Under the pieces are notes generated by a model. It had not been told where the DNA came from, did no database searches, and saw nothing but the letters and a program-made list of their open reading frames with translations. This document shows positions 37,023 to 51,100 of a stretch of 64,000 nucleotides of DNA, in pieces. The stretch is from assembly GCA_002269645.1 (NCBI GenBank), contig NIVC01003237.1:13621-77620 (forward strand). Direction: 5' to 3'. The DNA comes from Macrostomum lignano (taxonomy: Eukaryota). A program made the position numbers and the translations under genes. Position 1 is the stretch's first letter, and each line of letters starts with the position of its first letter.

Positions 37023-38344
37023 ACATGCATTAACTTGTAAATTATCATTCTTTGACCAATTATTTCTACAGTGGCGGATGCAGACAAATTCGTTCGAGAA
37101 ACATTCCGATTTCTTTAGAGCAGGAGTCCCGCAAACTTTTTTACCTCAAGGGCAAGATTCACAGAATCGGAGAGGGAGATAGGAGGAGAGGAGAGGGAGA
37201 GAAGAGAAGACAGAGGAGAGATGGGAGAGAAGGTGAGGCTCGGGAGAGGAGAGAGAAAAGAAAGAGAGCTGAGAAGAGATACGGCGGGCCGGATTGCTAT
37301 TGTGAAGCGGGTAGGTTTCACAAACGCAAAACTGCACAACTGCACAAACACGAAACTTCACAGTCGTTAAGTTTTTTGCACTTACTTTCATATACGGCAG
37401 TCTTTTTAGCGGTTGTGGAGTTTCGCGGTTGTGAAAGCAACCCTTGTGAAGCTTCAAAGGACCCGAGGGCCGGATAGAGAGATTTGGCGGGCCGCGAGTG
37501 GCCGGAGTTTGCCGACCCTGGCTTTAGAGCTATATAGTCGCCTGCTTCGAAAGACACGGAAACATATGCATTCTAAAAATCTAAACGACTAGCTCATAGC
37601 TTCCAAAAGAGAACAAGTACATGAAAATCTGCTCAACCGAACGCCGACGCAGAAACTGTCTCATCTAAGAAGAGCATCTTTTGTGTGTCAAGTAAAAAGA
37701 TGCCAGTCAGCCTAAAGCTGTCTGAAAGTGGTAAGGTTTGGAGAAGAGTGGCTACTCCAGATTCTGGTTCTGGGCCTCCTTGATCCAACGTAAAAGAGGA
37801 TTTTCAACTCTTGAAAGCCAATGCAGGTCGAAGAGTTCTCTCTCCTCTCTCTCTCTCCTCCTATGGCCCTAGCTGAGGCTCCCTCTATGATTAAATTCTG
37901 GCCTAAGGTCTTGGCCAATAGGGACAGCCGGGATCCTCTGGCCTAAGTCCGCCTCGATCGCTTTACTTCCTTTCCATCGAAACTCCTCTCTCGCGTCAAG
38001 CGGCGCCCGACTCTTCATAACCACGGCTCACATACCTCTATCTCCTTCCTAGCGGGAGAATGCCGCCTGCAGTACTGAGCTTACTAAAATCGGGAAGTTG
38101 AGCCTCATAATTTGATCCCCTTACACACGCGCACAGACACAGCAACTAAGCTGCACTGTCAAAGGTCCTGCTTTGTCAACACTTCAGGTAAGACTGGCGC
38201 CCACTGATTCAATGCAAGTATAGAGAGACCAATAAAGCTGTTTCAAATAGAAAAATGAACCTTTATCAAGACGGAAGATGCGGTGACTATGGAAGGTGCT
38301 AAGAGAGGACAGCGGTGGCTATGGAAGGGGCTAAGAGAGGACAC

Positions 38345-41300
38345 CGAAGGATTAGAGAGAGAGAGAGGACAGCGGTGCTCACCGAAGGATTAGAGAGAGG
38401 ACAGCGGTGCTCACCGAAGGATTAGAGAGAGGACAGCGGTGCTCACCGAAGGATTAGAGAGAGAGGACAGCGGGGCTCACCGAAGGATTAGAGAGAGAGA
38501 GGACAGCGGTGCTCACCGAAGGATTAGAGAGAGAGGACAGCGGTGCTCACTGAAGGATTAGAGAGAGAGAGAGGACAGCGGTGCTCACCGAAGGATTAGA
38601 GAGAGAGGACAGCGGTGCTCACCGAAGGATTAGAGAGAGAGGACAGCGGTGCTCACTGAAGGATTAGAGAGAGAGGACAGCGGTGCTCACCGAAGGATTA
38701 GAGAGAGGACAGCGGTGCTCACCGAAGGATTAGAGAGAGAGGACAGCGGTGCTCACCGAAGGATTAGAGAGAGAGAGAGGACAGCGGTGCTCACCGAAGG
38801 ATTAGAGAGAGAGAGAGGACAGCGGTGCTCACCGAAGGATTAGAGAGAGAGGACAGCGGTGCTCACCGAAGGATTAGAGAGAGGACAGCGGTGCTCACTG
38901 AAGGATTAGAGAGAGGACAGCGGTGCTCACTGAAGGATTAGAGAGAGGGGACAGCGGTGCTCACTGAAGGATTAGAGAGAGGACAGCGGTGCTCACTGAA
39001 GGATTAGAGAGAGGACAGCGGTGCTCACTGAAGGATTAGAGAGAGGACAGCGGTGCTCACCGAAGGATTAGAGAGAGGACAGCGGTGCTCACTGAAGGAT
39101 TAGAGAGAGGACAGCGGTGCTCACTGAAGGATTAGAGAGAGAGGACAGCGGTGCTCACCCAAGGATTAGAGAGAGGACAGCGGTGCTCACTGAAGGATTA
39201 GAGAGAGAGGACAGCGGTGCTCACCCAAGGATTAGAGAGAGGACAGCGGTGCTCACCCAAGGATTAGAGAGAGGACAGCGGTGCTCACCGAAGGATTAGA
39301 GAGAGAGGACAGCGGTGCTCACCGAAGGATTAGAGAGAGAGAGAGGACAGCGGTGCTCACTGAAGGATTAGAGAGAGAGAGAGGACAGCGGTGCTCACCG
39401 AAGGATTAGAGAGAGAGGACAGCGGTGCTCACCGAAGGATTAGAGAGAGGACAGCGGTGCTCACTGAAGGATTAGAGAGAGAGAGGACAGCGGTGCTCAC
39501 TGAAGGATTAGAGAGAGGACAGCGGTGCTCACTGAAGGATTAGAGAGAGGACAGCGGTGCTCACCGAAGGATTAGAGAGAGGACAGCGGTGCTCACTGAA
39601 GGATTAGAGAGAGGACAGCGGTGCTCACTGAAGGATTAGAGAGAGGACAGCGGTGCTCACTGAAGGATTAGAGAGAGGACAGCGGTGCTCACCGAAGGAT
39701 TAGAGAGAGGACAGCGGTGCTCACTGAAGGATTAGAGAGAGAGAGGACAGCGGTGCTCACCGAAGGATTAGAGAGAGGACAGCGGTGCTCACCGAAGGAT
39801 TAGAGAGAGGACAGCGGTGCTCACTGAAGGATTAGAGAGAGAGAGGACAGCGGTGCTCACTGAAGGATTAGAGAGAGGACAGCGGTGCTCACCGAAGGAT
39901 TAGAGAGAGGACAGCGGTGCTCACTGAAGGATTAGAGAGAGAGAGGACAGCGGTGCTCACTGAAGGATTAGAGAGAGAGAGGACAGCGGTGCTCACTGAA
40001 GGATTAGAGAGAGGACAGCGGTGCTCACTGAAGGATTAGAGAGAGGACAGCGGTGCTCACCGAAGGATTAGAGAGAGGGGACAGCGGTGCTCACTGAAGG
40101 ATTAGAGAGAGGACAGCGGTGCTCACCGAAGGATTAGAGAGAGGACAGCGGTGCTCACTGAAGGATTAGAGAGAGAGAGAGGACAGCGGTGCTCACTGAA
40201 GGATTAGAGAGAGGACAGCGGTGCTCACCGAAGGATTAGAGAGAGAGGACAGCGGTGCTCACTGAAGGATTAGAGAGAGGACAGCGGTGCTCACCGAAGG
40301 ATTAGAGAGAGGACAGCGGTGCTCACTGAAGGATTAGAGAGAGAGGACAGCGGTGCTCACTGAAGGATTAGAGAGAGAGAGAGGACAGCGGTGCTCACTG
40401 AAGGATTAGAGAGAGAGAGAGGACAGCGGTGCTCACCGAAGGATTAGAGAGAGGACAGCGGTGCTCACTGAAGGATTAGAGAGAGAGAGGACAGCGGTGC
40501 TCACTGAAGGATTAGAGAGAGAGAGAGGACAGCGGTGCTCACCGAAGGATTAGAGAGAGAGGACAGCGGTGCTCACCGAAGGATTAGAGAGAGGACAGCG
40601 GTGCTCACCGAAGGATTAGAGAGAGGACAGCGGTGCTCACCGAAGGATTAGAGAGAGAGGACAGCGGTGCTCACCGAAGGATTAGAGAGAGGACAGCGGT
40701 GCTCACCGAAGGATTAGAGAGAGAGGACAGCGGTGCTCACCGAAGGATTAGAGAGAGAGGACAGCGGTGCTCACCGAAGGATTAGAGAGAGGACAGCGGT
40801 GCTCACTGAAGGATTAGAGAGAGAGAGGACAGCGGTGCTCACTGAAGGATTAGAGAGAGGACAGCGGTGCTCACTGAAGGATTAGAGAGAGGACAGCGGT
40901 GCTCACCGAAGGATTAGAGAGAGGACAGCGGTGCTCACTGAAGGATTAGAGAGAGGACAGCGGTGCTCACTGAAGGATTAGAGAGAGGACAGCGGTGCTC
41001 ACTGAAGGATTAGAGAGAGGACAGCGGTGCTCACCGAAGGATTAGAGAGAGGACAGCGGTGCTCACTGAAGGATTAGAGAGAGAGAGGACAGCGGTGCTC
41101 ACCGAAGGATTAGAGAGAGGACAGCGGTGCTCACCGAAGGATTAGAGAGAGGACAGCGGTGCTCACTGAAGGATTAGAGAGAGAGAGGACAGCGGTGCTC
41201 ACTGAAGGATTAGAGAGAGGACAGCGGTGCTCACCGAAGGATTAGAGAGAGGACAGCGGTGCTCACTGAAGGATTAGAGAGAGAGAGGACAGCGGTGCTC

Positions 41301-42668
41301 ACTGAAGGATTAGAGAGAGAGAGGACAGCGGTGCTCACTGAAGGATTAGAGAGAGGACAGCGGTGCTCACTGAAGGATTAGAGAGAGGACAGCGGTGCTC
41401 ACCGAAGGATTAGAGAGAGGGGACAGCGGTGCTCACTGAAGGATTAGAGAGAGGACAGCGGTGCTCACCGAAGGATTAGAGAGAGGACAGCGGTGCTCAC
41501 TGAAGGATTAGAGAGAGAGAGAGGACAGCGGTGCTCACTGAAGGATTAGAGAGAGGACAGCGGTGCTCACCGAAGGATTAGAGAGAGAGGACAGCGGTGC
41601 TCACTGAAGGATTAGAGAGAGGACAGCGGTGCTCACCGAAGGATTAGAGAGAGGACAGCGGTGCTCACTGAAGGATTAGAGAGAGAGGACAGCGGTGCTC
41701 ACTGAAGGATTAGAGAGAGAGAGAGGACAGCGGTGCTCACTGAAGGATTAGAGAGAGAGAGAGGACAGCGGTGCTCACCGAAGGATTAGAGAGAGGACAG
41801 CGGTGCTCACTGAAGGATTAGAGAGAGAGAGGACAGCGGTGCTCACTGAAGGATTAGAGAGAGAGAGAGGACAGCGGTGCTCACCGAAGGATTAGAGAGA
41901 GAGGACAGCGGTGCTCACCGAAGGATTAGAGAGAGGACAGCGGTGCTCACCGAAGGATTAGAGAGAGGACAGCGGTGCTCACCGAAGGATTAGAGAGAGA
42001 GGACAGCGGTGCTCACCGAAGGATTAGAGAGAGGACAGCGGTGCTCACCGAAGGATTAGAGAGAGAGGACAGCGGTGCTCACCGAAGGATTAGAGAGAGG
42101 ACAGCGGTGCTCACCGAAGGATTAGAGAGAGAGGACAGCGGTGCTCACCCAAGGATTAGAGAGAGAGGACAGCGGTGCTCACCCAAGGATTAGAGAGAGG
42201 ACAGCGGTGCTCACCGAAGGATTAGAGAGAGAGGACAGCGGTGCTCACCCAAGGATTAGAGAGAGGACAGCGGTGCTCACTGAAGGATTAGAGAGAGAGG
42301 ACAGCGGTGCTCACCCAAGGATTAGAGAGAGGACAGCGGTGCTCACCCAAGGATTAGAGAGAGGACAGCGGTGCTCACTGAAGGATTAGAGAGAGGACAG
42401 CGGTGCTCACCGAAGGATTAGAGAGAGGACAGCGGTGCTCACTGAAGGATTAGAGAGAGAGGACAGCGGTGCTCACCCAAGGATTAGAGAGAGGACAGCG
42501 TTGCTCACTGAAGGATTAGAGAGAGAGGACAGCGGTGCTCACCCAAGGATTAGAGAGAGGACAGCGGTGCTCACCCAAGGATTAGAGAGAGGACAGCGGT
42601 GCTCACTGAAGGATTAGAGAGAGGACAGCGGTGCTCACCGAAGGATTAGAGAGAGGACAGCGGTGCTC
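38345..42668. repeat. 4.3-kb minisatellite: constant GGACAGCGGTGCTCAC(C/T)GAAGGATTA plus variable (GA)n
   Basis: 26-bp constant part followed by a GA tract of variable length. Confidence 0.97.
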
Positions 42669-43289
42669 TTAGCTAAAGTATGAGAGTTTGTAAAAAAGAC
42701 GAGCTGAGCAAACAGATGCGGTACGAGTACCTGGGGCGGGGGCTGCTGTACAGGGCTGCTTCAGCCAGCCTCAACTCATATCGGCCGTTTTAGCTCGACT
42801 TGAGTCCTTATCGAACTGTAATCTCGGCTAGCTTAGGTTGCGTTTGTACAGGAATTTTTTGGAGGAGAAGAAAATTTACCTGGCACCGAATTCAGGATTT
42901 CTTAGAAATTGACTGCCTTTTTCTTTACTTTTCTGCCACTCGGGGCAACTGCAAACCACGTGCGGGTGTTCTCCGGTGATCGAGGAGCCATCCTCAAGCT
43001 TAGCTCCTTGCGGTCTGGATGTCCCGGCTTCCCAGACGTATTGATGAAGCGACACTGGGAGGCTGCAGAGGAAGACAGAATGATCAATGGCCTGAGCAAT
43101 ATCCTGCTTTCTTTCTTCGCTATGCATCATCATATTCTTCCCATATGGGAAATGAACTCATGGACTAGAGGCTTTATCAAGGCTCCTGATGGTCTTTGCT
43201 TTATGGGCGAATGATGCTCGCTCCCTGCGCTTTCCTTACCGGATTTCCCGTGTTTTCCCTCTGCTCTTTGCTGCTCAAATTCGTTGATT

Positions 43290-43505
43290 ATTCTCAGTCT
43301 TCACTCGCTCTGATTCTCGCGCGACGACCCTTGGTTCGATTTAGAGTTGAGGCTTGGGCGCGAATATTGGCCGGGGGGGGGTTGTCGTACACGCCTGACG
43401 ACTCGAAAGTCAGGGCTGCTGTACACCCTGTGTGAGCGTGTGCATGAGTGCGTGCCTGAGTACAGTATTGGCGCGCTTGTGTGTGCTCAGGAGTCTGCGG
43501 AATGG
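43290..43505 (+). mobile_element. tRNA-derived SINE, family B, copy 2
   Basis: B-box-like GGTTCGATTT; 43412-43505 is the near reverse complement of ~35970-36065. Confidence 0.7.
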
Positions 43506-44435
43506 CTGTGAGGCGACGTCAGCCACATCCATCTCTTGATAATTATGATTATTCCCACCCAGTCTTCAATCCAGTCTCTACCCGCCAACAATTTCGGCAG
43601 GGTTCCATAAATTTCGGCATCTAACCGTGATAAACCCGTGGCGTCACTCTGATCACATCTGATAAGCAGGTCTTCGCCTCTGCTCATTTGCATATCTGAG
43701 CAGGTCGACTAGAAAAAGTGACTCAGCCTTCATCTCCAGAATCTTCAGAAGTCGTTGAAGCGTTAAGCTGTGATGGGGATTATTGGGGGGCGTGGATTTG
43801 AAGGCATTCGTCATATTGGGGCTTTGAAGGGATTTTAGGCAGAGAGCAGACCGCCCCTGTAACCATGCCAATGAAGCCCGCTTCTGCCTTCATCTCGCAG
43901 TAGGCTCCCACAGGACCCCAGCTGCCTCGCCTCATCTCCCCTGTCGAGGCATTCGCTTCCTTTTTTATTTTTCTCCCAACAACCCGCTCCCTCCTCTCTC
44001 TCTCTCCTCCAGCCAGACATTTTACTCTGGTTTCTCTGTCGGCCCGCCCCCTTCCGCCCACTCGACTCTCTTTAACCGGACTGAACCGTCAACGAGGTAA
44101 ATTGAATTTTTGAGTCCTCCCCTCGCTGAGCAGACGAGTGACTCACCCGAAGCGTGTTGTATTTGATGAGTGCGGGCCTCACTGAGTCAAACTGGCTTCA
44201 TGTTCTGCGGCTGCACTGCCTTATTCTGCAGTGAGCTTTTCTGAGGTCGCTTGACCGCGGGCTTGACGGGGTTTGCGTGAGGCGCTCGACAAACTCGACA
44301 GCTTTATTGCCTCGGGTGAGCGGGGCGGGAGACTTCAGCTGTCCCAGGCGTCAATCCTGATTGCGTAAGAATTCCCATAGTTTAGCGTCACTTTCAACTA
44401 GGCTGTGTCTGGTGCTGGGAATAAAGGAAACCCGA

Positions 44436-45082
<647 letters not shown>

Positions 45083-45107
45083 AAGACAAACCCTGACGCC
45101 CCCGACA

Positions 45108-48100
45108 ATGATCAGCCAGGCCGAAGCGATGCGGCGCCAGCTGCCGGGCTTCCCCCTTCGATTTCTCGTCCTCGTCGTCTCGCTGACCGCCGAGGCGGCG
45201 CAGCCTCAATTCGAGCTCCATCCGGTGGACACAGCCGCCCAGTCGGGCGCTCCGCTGCGCCTCACCTGCAGAGTCGGCCGAGACGAGAGCGGACGATGGC
45301 CGGTGATCGTCTGGCACAACGCTAGCAGCGAACTGCCGGTTCCTGGCGGCATTGGGCCGACTCTCGAGTTCTCCGAGTTCGACGCCAGCAAAGTCGGCCA
45401 GTACTATTGCAATGCCAGCTCGGTTGGCGATGAAGGATCAGCGGCCAGTGGAGGAGGCTGGACGGCCAGCCGGACAGCCTGGGCCCGCCTGGCCAGCCTT
45501 GGCCGGAAATTCGCAGCCGACCCGACCAGCCAGACGGTGGCCAGCGGGCAGGTGGCCGAGCTCTCCTGCCGGCCGCCCGCAGACGCCTTTCCGCCGCCGC
45601 GGATCGTCTGGCATCGGAACGGCCGGCCGCTGAGCATTGGCGTCGGACTGTCCGACTACGGCAACCAACGGGAAGCCGGCCGGTTCCGCGTCCTCCCAGA
45701 AATCGTCGGCGGCGGCGTCCGGCTTCGCATTGTTGACGCGCGCCCGTCAGACTCCGGCGAGTTCGCCTGTGTGGCGACCAACGAGGCCGGGGCGCTGCAC
45801 TCGGCCTCGGCACTGCTCACCGTCGTCCGCAGTACGCAGCGATCCGACGTCCGACAGCCGGTGGTGATCAGTTCAGCCCCGGACGATCTGTTCGTCCCAC
45901 TCGGCGATCCGGCCAGCTTCAACTGCCTGGCCGACGGCAAGCCGGTGCCTGTGATTTCTTGGCGACGCGACGACAGAGTTGCTATGGACGCGAAACGGAT
46001 TATTGACCATGGCAACGGCACGTTGAGCTTTGTTGGAGTGGCCTTCGAGGACGCCGGCAGGTGAGGATGCGGTTCATGTCGAAAATCGAATAAGACATAG
46101 TTACTGAGTAAAATTTGTTTAACTGATGGAAATCGAATTCAGCATTCGAGCGCAACAAGCATTTGGGTCTTTGGGGTTTCTAACGTCGCCCCTAATGACA
46201 CTAATAGCCCACTGATAGAGTCTCCAATGCTGCCTTAATAGCATTCCATTAGCGCACCTTAGGAGACACGCCTTGGTCCATTAGGTGACACAGCATTAGG
46301 CCCTGCTCTTCATCGTGGTTTGTGGACTCTTACTTGCTTCGCAGATGCTTGAGAGCTCGACGTGTCAGACTGGCGATAAGGCCTTCAAGACAGAAGTGCT
46401 AATAGTACCCCTAAGTGCTCCTAATAGTGTTCCTAATGGTGCTAATGATCACGTGCCCCTAAGTGCTCTAATAGTGCCCCTAATAATGCCCCTAATAATG
46501 CCCCTAAGTGCTCCTGATAGTGCCCCTAATAGAGCCCCTAATAGTGCCCCTAATAGTGCCCCTAATAGTGCCCCTAATTGTGCCCCTAATAGTTTCCGTA
46601 ATAGTGTCCCTAAGTGCCCCTAATAGTTCCCGTAATAGTGTCCTTAAGTGCCCCTAATAGTTCCCGTAATAGTGTCCCTAAGTGCTTCTAATAGTTCCCG
46701 TAATAGTGTCCCTAAGTGCTTCTAATAGTTCCCGTAATAGTGTCCCTAAGTTCTCCTAATAGTTCCCGTAATAGTGTCCCTAAGTTCTCCTAATAGTTCC
46801 CGTAATAGTGTCCCTAAGTGCCCCTAATAGTGCCCCTAATAGTGCCGCTAATAGTGCCCCTAATAGCGCTCCAAATAGAGCCCCTAAGTGCCTCTAATAG
46901 TGCTCCTAATAGTTCCCGCAATAGTGCCCCTAATAGTGCCACTAAGGGAACTTTTGTCCTCATATCAAGAAATGGAAATATTTTCTAAAGTTCAAATTTA
47001 CCTGAAACTCACACAGGTACATCTGCGAAGCGCTGAGCCCGGCCGGCCGGGACTCCGCCTCGGCCACTCTGTCTGTGCAAACTCGACCGGAGATCCTGAC
47101 CGCTCCCGTTGATCTGGCCGTCCCGCTGGGCGGACGAGCCGTATTCAACTGTCGAACTGGCGGCAGGCCGCGGCCGGCCGTGTACTGGTCCAAGGACTAC
47201 GGGCACTTCTTGTTCTCCGACGCTGCTGCCGGCGGCGATGCCGACATGACCGTCGGGACTGACGGCAGTCTGACAGTGGAGTCCGTGAAGCTGCGACACC
47301 AGGGTCGCTACCAGTGCCACGCCACCAGCCAGCTCGGCACCGTGGTCGCCTCCGCCCGGCTCAGCGTGCTGCCCGAGCTGGCGACTCTGGTCCAGGGACC
47401 GCAGAGCCAGACTAAAATGCGCGGCCAATCTCTGCAACTGCCCTGTCGTCTGTCCGGCAAATTTCCGGCCAACCGGCTTCGAGTCGTCTGGCTGAAGGAC
47501 GGCCAGCCGCTTGTGTCGCTCAGCGGTCGGCAGCACATCGGACTGGACGGCTCGCTGCGCGTGTTCGAGCTCCGAGCCGCGGACAGCGGCAACTACACCT
47601 GCCTGGCCGAGCTGTACGGCCGCCGAGTTGCCCGCTGGCCTCTGCCGGCCCGGGTTCGGGTCGTCAATGTTGGCGCCGAGTTGCCAATTCTCTCGCAGTC
47701 GCCGCCGCCGGTGTCAATCAACGTAATCGACCGTGGCGCCGGCTGGGTGCTGTTGAATATTGTCGGCGGAGGTGGCAGCGGCTGCAGGCATCTGGCCGAG
47801 TGGGACTGCGGCAGCGGCTGGACAACAAATTTTGTCTGGGATCGACTGGCGGAGTCGTCGCTGGTTCGAGTCGACACCGGAGCAGGCGGGATCGGCCTGA
47901 CAGCTCCGGCTGGGTGTCGCTTTCTGGCCCGCAGCGTCTGCCCGGCGTCCGAAGGAGGCTTCGTCGGCACGGTTTCGCCTCCGTCGCCAGTGTCGCCGAC
48001 TGTTCGGCTGGAGCCACCGACGTTGTCACCTTCCGCTGCGGCGGACCACGCAGCCGCGAGAATCCGGGATCTGAGAGCTGAGGTGAGCTTTTCTGGCTAT

Positions 48101-51100
48101 TAAAGCTCTCTTTACTGCAGATATAATCTCCAGTGACATTTTTTAATAAAACAATCGTTAGAGCACTCGTTAGAGCACTCGTTAGAGCACTCGTTAGAGC
48201 ACTCGTTAGAGCACTCGTTAGAGCACTCGTTAGAGCACTCGTTAGAGCACTCGTTAGAGCACTCGTTAGAGCACTCGTTAGAGCACTCGTTAGAGCACTC
48301 GTTAGAGCACTCGTTAGAGCACTCGTTAGAGCACTCGTTAAGCACTCGTTAGAGCACTCGTTAGAGCACTCGTTAGAGCACTCGTTAGAGCACTCGTTAG
48401 AGCACTCGTTAGAGCACTCGTTAGAGCACTCGTTAGAGCACTCGTTAGAGCACTCGTTAGAGCACTCGTTAGAGCACTCGTTAGAGCACTCGTTAGAGCA
48501 CTCGTTAGAGCACTCGTTAGAGCACTCGTTAGAGCACTCGTTAGAGCACTCGTTAGAGCACTCGTTAGAGCACTCGTTAGAGCACTCGTTAGAGCACTCG
48601 TTAGAGCACTCGTTAGAGCACTCGTTAGAGCACTCGTTAGAGCACTCGTTAGAGCACTCGTTAGAGCACTCGTTAGAGCACTCGTTAGAGCACTCGTTAG
48701 AGCACTCGTTAGAGCACTCGTTAGAGCACTCGTTAGAGCACTCGTTAGAGCACTCGTTAGAGCACTCGTTAGAGCACTCGTTAGAGCACTCGCGCGTCAC
48801 CAATGAGCTACCATAACCTGAACCCTAACCGCCGCACCCAGGCCCTGGACCACGAGACCATCCGCGTTCGTTGGCGCCTGTTCCAGCCGGCGCCCTCCCG
48901 CCTTCGCTATCGCGCGGCGGGTAGGCAAGTCCGCCTGGCCGACTGCCTGACTTCGTCCTCCGCCAGGATGATCGAAAGAACAGCAGCGCCCATGCAGTTC
49001 CGGTCGGCAGCCTCAAAAGCGGAGTTGTGCTCACTAGCCGAGCCCGAAGCTCTTGCTGAACTTCTGCGGGACTATTCAGCACCGGAGACGCTGGGCCTCC
49101 GTGTCGACGGCGATGCACAAACTGCCTTCGCCGACGTTGGCGCCGGTGAGACCGAAGCCTCGCTGCTGCTCAGCGGCCTCTCCGCTTTCTCCTGCTACCG
49201 CGTCTCTCTGGCGCCGATGATCGGGTTCGACAACGACGACCTGGGTAAGGGCTTCGGCAGCCGGCTGGTGCTCACCGGAGACGCCACGCCCAGCCAGGCA
49301 CCCGCCGCAGTCTCAGCCCGTTGGCATGGTAACGGCAGCCTGCTGGTCTCCTGGCTGCCCCCACCGCTGTCAGGCCGCCGCGGCGCGATCATCGGTTTCC
49401 AGCTGAGCCTTCGGGATCTTCGCCGGCGCAAGCCAAGCGGCGTCCTCCGCTCGATCAGCGTTGACGGAGCCAGCGCCCGCTCCGTGCTGCTCGCCAATCC
49501 GCTGCCAATGTCCGCCTCCTCCGCCTCGCTCGGCGTTCGCGTGGCGGCCCGAAATTGCCACGGCGTCGGGCCGGAGTCCCCTGAGCTGCCAGCGCCGTCA
49601 GCGGGAGACGCTGCCGACGACGATAAGGCGGCTCTGTCGCTGCTGCCGAGGGCCTCCTGGCTGATTGTCGCCCTCGCCGCTGGTGGCGTCGTCTGGCTCG
49701 GCCTCGCTGTCATTGTCGCGTGCGCACTGCGCCGAGCATGGCGCATCAGGAAGAGGCGGCGCCAACCGCCGCCGCCGCCGCATCCAGACGGCAAGCAGTT
49801 GCCGCCGCTGCCTCTTCAACCGCCGCCGCCGCCGCCGCCGCCGCCGCCTCCTCCTTGTTCAACGGCCGGAGCTGTCTGTCGAGCTCCACCTGACCTTCTC
49901 GTTGTCGGGACGTCTTCCGCAATCGTTCCAGCCGCCACGGCATCTGGCGCTTCGTTGTCGGCCTCTCCGTACGCATCGGCCAGCGTTGTGCACAGCTTCA
50001 TCCGGGAGTCTGCACTGGAAGGGGAGTGCTCTTCCGCTGCACCTCATTTGCTTTCTCATCGCACCTATCGACCTGAGCATCTTCACTTTCAGCAGGCCAG
50101 GTGAGTATAAGATTTTGTTTGCTTTCAGGGTGAACAGTGGCCCAGACTTTCTCATCGTCAGGCATGTGGGTATACAGTGGCCCAGACTTTCTCATTGTCA
50201 GGCATGTGGGTATACAGTGGCCCAGACTTTCTCATCGTCAGGCATGTGGGTATACAGTGGCCCAGACTTTCTCATTGTCAGGCATGTGGGTATACAGTGG
50301 CCCAGACTTTCTCATCGTCAGGCATGTGGGTATACAGTGGCCCAGACTTTCTCATTGTCAGGCATGTACTCAGGCAGGGTGTACAGTGGCCCAGACTTTC
50401 TCATTGTCAGGCATGTACTCAGGCAGGGTGTACAGTGGCCCAGACTTTCTCATTGTCAGGCATGTACTCAGGCAGGGTGTACAGCGGCCCAGACTTTCTC
50501 ATTGTCAGGCATGTACTCAGGCAGGGTGTACAGTGGCCCAGACTTTCTCATCGTCAAGCATGTGGGTATACAGTGGCCCAGACTTTCTCATCGTCAAGCA
50601 TGTGGGTATACAGTGGCCCAGACTTTCTCATCGTCAAGCATGTGGGTATACAGTGGCCCAGACTTTCTCATCGTCAGGCATGTGGGTATACAGTGGCCCA
50701 GACTTTCTCATCGTCAAGCATGTGGGTATACAGTGGCCCAGACTTTCTCATCGTCAAGCATGTGGGTATACAGTGGCCCAGACTTTCTCATCGTCAAGCA
50801 TGTGGGTATACAGTGGCCCAGACTTTCTCATCGTCAAGCATGTGGGTATACAGTGGCCCAGACTTTCTCATCGTCAGGCATGTGGGTATACAGTGGCCCA
50901 GACTTTCTCATCGTCAAGCATGTGGGTATACAGTGGCCCAGACTTTCTCATCGTCAAGCATGTGGGTATACAGTGGCCCAGACTTTCTCATCGTCAAGCA
51001 TGTGGGTATACAGTGGCCCAGACTTTCTCATCGTCAAGCATGTACACTCTGTACACACAGAGTGCACGATGATTGCACGGAATCGAACCCAGGGTAGTTA

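Noticed and set aside
37280-37522. hAT/Charlie-like terminus (GCGGGCCGC...GAGTTTGCCGACCCTG)
   Set aside because: No partner end or TSD found, so boundaries cannot be given.
38345-42668. CRISPR-like pattern of a constant repeat with a variable spacer
   Set aside because: The spacers are only (GA)n of varying length, not unique sequences; no cas genes and a eukaryotic context.
48815-48830. Telomere-like AACCCTAACC
   Set aside because: A single unit; better explained as the branch-point region of Robo intron 2.
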